Origin: a virus
Taxonomy: Duplodnaviria; Caudoviricetes
Virus record (IMG/VR): IMGVR_UViG_3300032332_002377
Length of the DNA: 64,000 nucleotides
Direction: 5' to 3' (one strand)
This document shows, piece by piece, positions 8,852 to 16,704 of this stretch. The notes beneath the pieces were generated by a model, which made no database searches, was not told the origin of the DNA, and saw only the letters and a program-made list of their open reading frames with translations. Every line of letters starts with the position of its first letter. Position 1 is the first letter of the stretch. The position numbers were made by a program, and so were the translations under genes.

Positions 8852-9738
8852 GTTATTGGGTATAGAAGCTTGCTAAGCTCTAAGAATATTTTTGTTATTT
8901 TTCCACCAGCAACAGATGCATCGCCGCCGCCATCAAAAACTTTCTTAGCAAGAACTCCAAGATCTACAGGACACTCTCTTTTTTTTCTAATGCTTACGCT
9001 CGATGATGCTAAGTTGACACTAATAGCAATATCACAGTCATATGTTTTTATAATCTTATCACAAATTTCAGATGGATATATGTTATTGAACGTACTACAC
9101 ACTACAGTATTATTACTACTAATCTTCAAATTGCCCTTAAAGATTTTAAGGGATTTAAAAGTTAATTCTATTTTATCGGTAATATTGGTTATTAAATTTT
9201 CTTGCTGCTCAGTAAACCCTGCAAACCCATCTTTAAATGTATTAAAAAATGTTGTAAGCTTGTCGTTATTAAATGAGCTAAAAAGATAATGCAATTTTAA
9301 AGATTCGGAAAATTTAAGCTGATAACTATCGTAATCATCTATTAGCGAAATTAAAATTTTTTCTTCTCTAGTAAAAGGCGTCTTTAGTTTTTCTTTAAGT
9401 TTTTTATAAAGCAATAAAGTACAGCTTGATGCTTCTTGCGATTCTTGTCTTAAATTTTTGAATAATGTCTGTGTTACATTACGGTGATTAATATACACAA
9501 CGTTAGGTAGATCAACGATATCACGAATTGCGTCAGTGATAGCTATGTCGCATATATAAATCTTTTTGTACTGTTCTTTGTTTTTTAAATTTAGAAAGTC
9601 GTCCTTAATTGTTTTCTCAGAAGTGCGTGTGTGGCCAAAATCTAATCCAATATATTTTCTTAATAAGTAATAACAACCAGCGCCGTCAATATCACAATCA
9701 GTAAATAAATATAGGTCTTCCCTGATGTTAGAGCTCAC
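8848..9738 (-). CDS. DHH/DHHA1-family protein with degenerate motifs
   Basis: DCDIDG, CDI, NHR (in place of DHH), DDYD, VSIR, GGGD (in place of GGGH). Confidence 0.7.
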   Translation of the reverse strand: MSSNIREDLYLFTDCDIDGAGCYYLLRKYIGLDFGHTRTSEKTIKDDFLNLKNKEQYKKIYICDIAITDAIRDIVDLPNVVYINHRNVTQTLFKNLRQESQEASSCTLLLYKKLKEKLKTPFTREEKILISLIDDYDSYQLKFSESLKLHYLFSSFNNDKLTTFFNTFKDGFAGFTEQQENLITNITDKIELTFKSLKIFKGNLKISSNNTVVCSTFNNIYPSEICDKIIKTYDCDIAISVNLASSSVSIRKKRECPVDLGVLAKKVFDGGGDASVAGGKITKIFLELSKLLYPIT

Positions 9739-9743
9739 ATTCT

Positions 9744-9771
9744 ATTTTACTAAAAAAAGTTGCTAAATCAA
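9744..9771 (-). promoter_or_regulatory. sigma70-like promoter of the DHH/bS21/gp59-like unit
   Basis: TTGATT-N16-TAAAAT, 5 nt from GTG. Confidence 0.6.
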
Positions 9772-11108
9772 CTTAATGTAAGGCTATTCAGAGTAGCAAT
9801 AGAAGAAGTAGAGGCTTCCGTATCGTTGTTGATCTCGTCTTCTGTGAGAGTTAGTGTAGAGTAATCAATCTTCATATTACAAACACCATAGTTTTCACCA
9901 AATCTATTCTTCATTAGACCCATCTTAATAACGCCTAATTCTTTATCTGTGTCTTCTTGCCAAATACTCAATATTACATCTGCAGTGTGTCCAAGTCCCA
10001 TAGATTCCGATAAAGTATTGAGTCCAGGGTCACTTATGTCATAACCAGATCTATTTAGCTGTGTTGCAGAAATGATTGGGAAATCAAAAGAATAACTTAT
10101 AGCTCTCAATTGTTCAGTTACATTCTTAACTCTTTCATATGTGTTTGTTCCAATAGTTGAATGAAGTAAGTTAATATAATCAACTACTAGTGCATCAATC
10201 TTAACACCTTGATCTGTAATTTTCTTAATAAACGCTTTAAGATGATTACATGTAATTGTAGATGGTGGAAATTCTTTAATAATTAGCTTTGCTTTAGAAT
10301 TTTCATTTTTGTATTCTTGTAGCTGCTGAAATAGCGTAGATGATTCAGATTTTAATTGATGAAAAGGTATTTTAGTTATATTTGCACAGATACGCTTTGC
10401 ATATATAAGCTCAGGCATTTCTAAGGAAACCAACAAAACAGTTTTGCCTTGAGAAGCAATATTAGCAGCTACGTTACCAAGAAAGATACTCTTTCCAATA
10501 TTAGTTTCACCAGCAAAAACATATAATGCTCTTCCTTTCTCTAGAAACCCTCCACCCATCTTTTTATCAAGCCACTTCCATTTAGAAGGAATATATCTCT
10601 CTTCTGTATTTAAATCATCGACAATAACAGAAACATCTTCCAATAAGTCTAACCCTATATTAGTTGCAAGGCAAATATTACATGCCTTTTCAAATTTTTG
10701 CAATACAGCTGCTGTGTCAACCTTACCTTTCGTAATATCATCAACAGTTTCTAGCATTGTAGTATATACTGCTTTCTCTTTTAAGAAAGATTCTGTATTA
10801 GCAGTGAGCTCATCAATGTTATAGCTTTTGTCAAAATCCTTGATTACGCCAACAGCTGCTTTGAAGCTAGCTTTGAGTTCATCGGTAACAAGATGTGCTT
10901 TGATTTCTGTTACATTGGGCCGTGTACCGCGTGTAGAATAAAAGTCTTTAATAACATCAAAAATATTTTTAATATCTTTACTTTTAAAGTATTCTGGCTT
11001 GAGATGATCAATAATAGAAGCAAGATATGAGTCGTCGGTTAGCGATTTATAGAGTATAATATTCTCAAAAAAATCTAAATCTAGCTTCTCCATAATTCTA
11101 TTATACAC
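9768..11108 (-). CDS. replicative DNA helicase (gp41/DnaB-like)
   Basis: AGETNIGKS Walker A; SLEM, IKEFP, VVDYINL, SATQLNR, SES.G, KNRFG. Confidence 0.95.
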   Translation of the reverse strand: MYNRIMEKLDLDFFENIILYKSLTDDSYLASIIDHLKPEYFKSKDIKNIFDVIKDFYSTRGTRPNVTEIKAHLVTDELKASFKAAVGVIKDFDKSYNIDELTANTESFLKEKAVYTTMLETVDDITKGKVDTAAVLQKFEKACNICLATNIGLDLLEDVSVIVDDLNTEERYIPSKWKWLDKKMGGGFLEKGRALYVFAGETNIGKSIFLGNVAANIASQGKTVLLVSLEMPELIYAKRICANITKIPFHQLKSESSTLFQQLQEYKNENSKAKLIIKEFPPSTITCNHLKAFIKKITDQGVKIDALVVDYINLLHSTIGTNTYERVKNVTEQLRAISYSFDFPIISATQLNRSGYDISDPGLNTLSESMGLGHTADVILSIWQEDTDKELGVIKMGLMKNRFGENYGVCNMKIDYSTLTLTEDEINNDTEASTSSIATLNSLTLS

Positions 11109-11775
11109 CTACTTTTGAATATTCCCTAATAAATCTTTCTTCACTATCAACAAACAATTTATTATTAATATCAAGAAGCCCAGGAGAACTATGAATTACC
11201 CATATAGGCGCAACACCAAGCTTTAGCTTCATATCATTAGCATCAAGTGAGCTTGCAATGTCGTAGTGATGAAAAGTATAGTTTTCATTAAACTTCCAGT
11301 TTGTATTTTTTATGCTTGAAGTTTTAATGCTAAGAAAGAGCCCATCAAGAACAGCTACTCTGCAGGGAGTTACACCAAAGCTCGTCATAGCAATTTCCTT
11401 GGGACCTGCAGGGTGTGCGACAGCACCTCTCAGATTGTCGCTATGAAATCCTCCACACATCAAATGCCACAAAGCAGGTTTTTGAATCTTAGGATTAATG
11501 CCACCTGCAAGCCCAACAATATCAAATTTCTCATGAGCTTCTTCAAGCTTCTCACAAACCGCAAGATCATCAATATAAACATCATCATGAACAAATACAA
11601 TATATTCATACTTATCTTTACACTTCTCTAGAAAGTCATTATAGCGTTTGCTCAGCCCTTCAGTATTGTGCTCGTTAAAGGCCATATATACTTTACTTCC
11701 AAGCTTTGCTACTGATTTATAGTATGGTGTGTGTTTAATGTCGTCTCTTGTAACACTATAGAATGCTGTTTTCAT
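11101..11775 (-). CDS. glycosyltransferase-like protein (GT2-related, StrF/Glyco_tranf_2_5-like)
   Basis: FVHDDV, GLAG, LDGLFL, FHHYDI, H.SPG. Confidence 0.75.
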   Translation of the reverse strand: MKTAFYSVTRDDIKHTPYYKSVAKLGSKVYMAFNEHNTEGLSKRYNDFLEKCKDKYEYIVFVHDDVYIDDLAVCEKLEEAHEKFDIVGLAGGINPKIQKPALWHLMCGGFHSDNLRGAVAHPAGPKEIAMTSFGVTPCRVAVLDGLFLSIKTSSIKNTNWKFNENYTFHHYDIASSLDANDMKLKLGVAPIWVIHSSPGLLDINNKLFVDSEERFIREYSKVGV

Positions 11776-12458
11776 TATGTAAAAAATGGTGAATTGGATT
11801 TGAATGTACCTACAGATGTCAGACCTTCTACAGTTTGTAAGTAGAGTACACCCTCTTCTAGAGGTTTATAATCGCTATATTTAATAGATGAAAAATTATT
11901 GGTAAGGAAGTCAGCATAGAGTGTACTGCCTGAACGAGCAAGATATACGTGATTGTTCTTAGAATTTAAAATCCAAAGACCGAAGTTACCGCGAAGCATC
12001 GAGAGCGCGTTGCAGATAATATTAGTTTCATTTTTTTCACTTTTACTATAGTGATCTATTAGAGCGGGTATCAATGATGAATCAACATCATTAATTGTTT
12101 TATATTTTTTAAGTAGTGCTCTAAGTTCTTTCTCATTGCTCAAAACACCATTGTGCGCAATATACCATTTGCCTGTATTAAAAGGGTGCGATGTTGCATG
12201 TGAGTATGCTCTGGCTGCAGATGTTGGAGCTTGTGAGTGTCCGAGATAGTTTTTAAAGTCGTTGAAACTCTTTCTTTTATTGTGTTTCAATTCAAGATAT
12301 AGTTTATCTGTTAGCTTAAAGACGCCTGCAGATTTAATAGATGCATGTAAAGATTCATCAATCATTATGGATCCATATGCAAAATCACCGCGAGCCCTGT
12401 TTTTAGCATAGAGCTTTACATACGTCTTATATTCACTAGATCCAAATATTCCGCACAT
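11775..12458 (-). CDS. stand-alone class II glutamine amidotransferase (Ntn fold; Gat-QueC-like domain)
   Basis: N-terminal MCGIFG (catalytic Cys), RG, GHSQAPT, HPF, AHNGVLSN, VDS. Confidence 0.85.
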   Translation of the reverse strand: MCGIFGSSEYKTYVKLYAKNRARGDFAYGSIMIDESLHASIKSAGVFKLTDKLYLELKHNKRKSFNDFKNYLGHSQAPTSAARAYSHATSHPFNTGKWYIAHNGVLSNEKELRALLKKYKTINDVDSSLIPALIDHYSKSEKNETNIICNALSMLRGNFGLWILNSKNNHVYLARSGSTLYADFLTNNFSSIKYSDYKPLEEGVLYLQTVEGLTSVGTFKSNSPFFT

Positions 12459-12496
12459 TACGTAATATTATAGTATAAAATAATAAATATTTCAAC

Positions 12497-13444
12497 ATGA
12501 ATAACGATTCAAAGCTCATATTTGAGGCTTATTTTAATAAACAGTCACTTTTAAATGAATTAGACTATGGTGCTTCTGATTTTGGTGGTGCTTTTGGTGG
12601 TGTCATTAAAAAAGCCAAATCCAATGAACTGCCTGGTAGAGGTTATTTGATAGGAAATATTGCAGACAGTCTTGGAATATCTCAAGAAGAAGCTGCTAAT
12701 AAATTGACTAGTGCAGTCTTTTCTAATCTTTTTAAACAAAATAAATCTACAATAGCTGGACAAGAGGTGGAGTATGTAAATCCTGCCAAAAATAAAGATC
12801 AATTTATGGTTGAGGTTAAAAAAGCTATTACAAAAGCTATTGACAGTCTCAAGAAAGAAAACCCTCAATTAAAAATACCTGGAAGCGATGCAATAAAAGG
12901 CTACACGGCTAGAGTTTTAGTTAATTTAGGTACATTTATAAGCGATGTAGTACCTACAAAAGTAGGAATAAAAGCTCCAGTTGCTGCTGTAAAAGATTTA
13001 AGATCTGCAATAATTAAAACAGATGCAAAATCAGTAGCATCTGTTGAGTCAACGGAAGACAGATACATAAGAAGTAATGCTAAATTTATTCGCGATTTTC
13101 AAAGAGTATATGCTGAGATGCCTGATGAAATAGCAATTAAAAAAGGTGATGATTTTTATAAATCTGAAGCTTTGATGGATGCAGTAAAAGATGCTATAGT
13201 GCAAGCTTATGATGTAAAAACTTCTAATGATAAAGAATTTTTAGCAGATTTTGTTAGCTCATTAGAAGCAAAAAGCGGCTATACTTTATCTACAGAAAAA
13301 AAACAAGCTGAAGGTGAAGGTACAGGTGAAATTTCAACTATAGAAGATAGCGGTGGGTTAACTCCAGTAGAAATTTTACAAGATCTTGGAACTTGGAGTA
13401 GAGATGCAGGCTTTGATCAATTCGATAAATACAGCTCTTATTAA
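12497..13444 (+). CDS. hypothetical late protein, putative head-packaged
   Basis: 315 aa; TAAATA at 12484-12489; N-terminus MNNDSKLIFEAY...LLNE. Confidence 0.65.
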   Translation: MNNDSKLIFEAYFNKQSLLNELDYGASDFGGAFGGVIKKAKSNELPGRGYLIGNIADSLGISQEEAANKLTSAVFSNLFKQNKSTIAGQEVEYVNPAKNKDQFMVEVKKAITKAIDSLKKENPQLKIPGSDAIKGYTARVLVNLGTFISDVVPTKVGIKAPVAAVKDLRSAIIKTDAKSVASVESTEDRYIRSNAKFIRDFQRVYAEMPDEIAIKKGDDFYKSEALMDAVKDAIVQAYDVKTSNDKEFLADFVSSLEAKSGYTLSTEKKQAEGEGTGEISTIEDSGGLTPVEILQDLGTWSRDAGFDQFDKYSSY

Positions 13445-13489
13445 TTTGCTGGCTCTGGTTTATTTTGTTTAATATCATAAGTTAACTAG

Positions 13490-14476
13490 ATGAGAGTAAA
13501 GATAGTTGGTTGCGGTCTTTCAGGGGTTACAGCAGCGATCCTTTTGCAAGACAAAGGACATGAAGTAGAAATATTCGAATCGAGAACACATATAGGTGGT
13601 AACTGTTATGATAGTAATGTAGCAGGTACTTTAATGCATAGCTACGGTCCACACTGTTTTCATACAGATGATGAAGATGTAATGAATTTTTTGAGTCGTT
13701 ATACTGGTTGGTTAGATTTTCACTTAAGACCAAAAGGCAACACAGAATTAGGCTTGATATCATTGCCTTATAGTAAAACAACTATCGAAGAGTTGAAAAG
13801 AGAATTAACACAAGAAGAAATTATCAAATATATTTTTAAAGGATACTCTGAAAAACAGTGGGGTGTATCGTTTGATCAAATCCCTAAGAGTATTATTAGC
13901 AGAATTCCAAAAACAGCAGATAAGGTAAATCCAACTTGGTTTGAGGGGCAAAAATATCAATGCGTACCTCTCAAGGGATATACTGAAATGTTTAAGAGCA
14001 TGCTTGAAGACATACCTGTACACCTGGGTGTAAAGCAGAATGAATGGAAAAAGGTAGAAGCAGATTTAACCATATTTACAGGTAAAATAGATGAGTATTA
14101 TGATTATATAAATGGCTGGCTGCCCTACAGGTCTTTATATTTTGAGCATACTCTAAGCTATAAAAAACAAGAACATTTTATTATAAATCAAAATAAAAAA
14201 GAAGTGCCATATACAAGAAGTTATGACCATAGTTACACACATTTTAATCATAAGGGTCCAACAATTATAACAAAAGAATTTTCTATAGCTCATGATAAGA
14301 ATAATATACCATTTTATCCGATGCCTTTTGGTGAAGGAGCAGAAATTTATAATAAATATGGTGCGCTAGCTAAAAAAGAGAAGAATGTAATTTTTCTTGG
14401 GCGTCTTGCTACTTACAAGTATCTAGATATGTGGATGGCAGTAAGGCAGGCTATGCAAAAAATAGAGCTAGTTTAA
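13490..14476 (+). CDS. glf: UDP-galactopyranose mutase
   Basis: GCGLSG FAD motif; HIGGNCYD, YGPH.FHT, YSEKQWG, LPYRSL, PFYP, GRLATYKYLDM. Confidence 0.95.
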   Translation: MRVKIVGCGLSGVTAAILLQDKGHEVEIFESRTHIGGNCYDSNVAGTLMHSYGPHCFHTDDEDVMNFLSRYTGWLDFHLRPKGNTELGLISLPYSKTTIEELKRELTQEEIIKYIFKGYSEKQWGVSFDQIPKSIISRIPKTADKVNPTWFEGQKYQCVPLKGYTEMFKSMLEDIPVHLGVKQNEWKKVEADLTIFTGKIDEYYDYINGWLPYRSLYFEHTLSYKKQEHFIINQNKKEVPYTRSYDHSYTHFNHKGPTIITKEFSIAHDKNNIPFYPMPFGEGAEIYNKYGALAKKEKNVIFLGRLATYKYLDMWMAVRQAMQKIELV

Positions 14477-15208
14477 TTTTTTACAATTATATTTCTTCCA
14501 AGGTATCTCAATCTTATAAGAAATAGGGTCTATAAACCCTGCATCTAAAAAGCCTTTGATGCGTAAAGAACAGGCTGTACATTCACCGCAAGCTTGTTCT
14601 TCTCCCTCATAGCAAGTCCAAGTCTGACTAAATTCAACACCAAGCTTAACACCGAGTTTAATGATTTCTTCTTTAGATTTATCAATTAAAGGAGCTATAA
14701 CTTTAATCCTGTTTCTTCGATTTAAATCACTAACTTTATTAATTTGATTGAGAAATTCAACACTGCCATCCCAAAATCCAGCAATACTATCAGCTTGTGC
14801 TGCTCCGTGGAAAACAGCAGAAGCTCCAGTGCTTTCTGCTATACCAAGTGAAATGCTTAAAAGCATTAAATTCCTAAATGGTACGTAATTGACGGTCTGC
14901 GGGTCGCCCATTACATCCTTGGCTTTCGCAATAGCAATATTACTATTAGTTAGTGCAGATGTTTGACAAATATCTTTAAAAAAAGGAATTTTTATGAATC
15001 TGTAGTCAACTGGTTGATCAAGGCTTTCTACCTGAAACGAGGCACAGTTAAGTTCTTTCTCACGATGCTTTTGACCATAATCAAAACTTACAGCTACAAT
15101 ACTATCGTATTTACGAGCTGCATAATGTAGCAGGACAGTACTATCCATGCCACCTGAGATAGGTACAACAGCCTTACTCGACTGGCTCTTCTTCTGTTTG
15201 CGCTTCAT
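14468..15208 (-). CDS. queC: 7-cyano-7-deazaguanine synthase
   Basis: SGGMDS PP-loop; DYGQKH, YVPFRN, TWTCY, CGECTAC. Confidence 0.95.
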   Translation of the reverse strand: MKRKQKKSQSSKAVVPISGGMDSTVLLHYAARKYDSIVAVSFDYGQKHREKELNCASFQVESLDQPVDYRFIKIPFFKDICQTSALTNSNIAIAKAKDVMGDPQTVNYVPFRNLMLLSISLGIAESTGASAVFHGAAQADSIAGFWDGSVEFLNQINKVSDLNRRNRIKVIAPLIDKSKEEIIKLGVKLGVEFSQTWTCYEGEEQACGECTACSLRIKGFLDAGFIDPISYKIEIPWKKYNCKKLN

Positions 15209-16292
15209 TTGTATTGTATTTGTATTCTTGTTCTAAGCGCTTGTCGAGTTCTGGAATGATAAATTCCTCGTAGAAAGCGGGGTCTTTAGCAAATGTCTTT
15301 GCATAACCTAGTTTATCACCTTTTTTGTATTTTCCACTAGTGATACCTACTGTATATGTTGCACCATTTTGTTCAATGATGCCTCTTGCAACTGCCATAC
15401 CTAGTAAACCACTATATTTGTTGAGCCCTGTTTTAAAGGAAAGATACATTTCTGTCTCTAAGAACGGTGGAAGAAAGCGATTCTTCACAGTTAATGCTCT
15501 CAAGGTTGTACCAGAGTATTTGTTAGCTTCTGCAAGCTTCTTGTCTTCTGCATCCATGGAATCACCTTCACCCTCCTTCTCGTGACGTTTAGCTAGCTGT
15601 ACAAGAATACTAGCCATATATACTGGTCCGGAACCACCTGCTTGATTCTTAACAAGACTAGGGAACATTGAAGCTGGGTCATCGTATGTATGATTAGTAA
15701 ATAGAATTGTAACACCAGCTTTGGCAGCTTTGAATGTTAGGGTACGGAACATGCTCTTAAGAGACTTAGCACGCAGACCCATATCTGATGCAGATTTATC
15801 TTTTGCAACGTCGTCAAGTTCTTTCTGTGAAGCTAGGTTGCCCAAGCTATCAATGCTAATAATAAATTTACCTCTAGCGTTGTTTTCAATTACACTATCA
15901 AGAAATGCACTAATTTGATTGCGGCACTGATCAATTGTATCAACTGGTACATACTTGGTATTTTCAGGATCCAATCCTACACCCTTGGTACTATTTTCAT
16001 CGATAGCAATTTCTGTATCAAAGATAACAGGGGTAAGACCTCTTTTTTGCGCTGTAGCAAGAATCTTATTTACGATAAATGTCTTACCTGTCTGACTGGG
16101 TCCAGAGAATCCAGTTATTCTTCCCTTAGGTACACCACCACCGCGGCAACTGCCACCGAGAATAGCGTTAAGAGCATAGCATCCTGTATCAAACCACTCA
16201 TCAACTTTACTAAGTGCATTTTCATTTAACATCGATGCTTCGCTGTTTAGTTTATCAAGCGAAGCAAAAATCTTGTTCATATCTTTGTTCAT
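15174..16292 (-). CDS. uvsX: RecA-like recombinase
   Basis: DTG...LNA; GPSQTGKT; FDTE; IDSLGNL; TNHTY; GGSGPVY; KNRF. Confidence 0.93.
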   Translation of the reverse strand: MNKDMNKIFASLDKLNSEASMLNENALSKVDEWFDTGCYALNAILGGSCRGGGVPKGRITGFSGPSQTGKTFIVNKILATAQKRGLTPVIFDTEIAIDENSTKGVGLDPENTKYVPVDTIDQCRNQISAFLDSVIENNARGKFIISIDSLGNLASQKELDDVAKDKSASDMGLRAKSLKSMFRTLTFKAAKAGVTILFTNHTYDDPASMFPSLVKNQAGGSGPVYMASILVQLAKRHEKEGEGDSMDAEDKKLAEANKYSGTTLRALTVKNRFLPPFLETEMYLSFKTGLNKYSGLLGMAVARGIIEQNGATYTVGITSGKYKKGDKLGYAKTFAKDPAFYEEFIIPELDKRLEQEYKYNTNEAQTEEEPVE

Positions 16293-16298
16293 AGGTCT

Positions 16299-16326
16299 AG
16301 TATGAATGATTGAATGGAGATATCAA
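16299..16326 (-). promoter_or_regulatory. sigma70-like promoter of uvsX-queC
   Basis: TTGATA-N16-CATACT, 6 nt from ATG. Confidence 0.6.
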
Positions 16327-16329
16327 CTA

Positions 16330-16674
16330 TTATTCGTCAAAAAGTTTAATAACTTTTTGGTCATCAGCAACTGGTGCTGCACCGGAGAACAATCTGTTAT
16401 ACTGCTCTAACAATCTAGTATCGTTCTCAATATCAACACCTACAACAATACTATTCTTGTTAAATCTCCAAGAGGTACCACTGTTCTTATTCTTGTCTGA
16501 AACAAACTCTCTAAAATAAAGAGGAATTGTTTGTACATTAAGCTGGCCCTGTTGAGTAGGCTGCACGTGAATAATAGCTGGGTTCTTGACAGTGAGAGAT
16601 GTCTCTGTACTTTCAACTTCTTCAGCTAGGATGGTTCTACCAATGTGATCAATAAAGGTTGTAATTTTGCTCAT
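16330..16674 (-). CDS. hypothetical protein (small beta-barrel-like)
   Basis: 114 aa; own TTGATT-N16-TAATAT promoter 6 nt upstream. Confidence 0.6.
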   Translation of the reverse strand: MSKITTFIDHIGRTILAEEVESTETSLTVKNPAIIHVQPTQQGQLNVQTIPLYFREFVSDKNKNSGTSWRFNKNSIVVGVDIENDTRLLEQYNRLFSGAAPVADDQKVIKLFDE

Positions 16675-16704
16675 GTAAATATATTACTGTATTAATTTAA
16701 GAAA

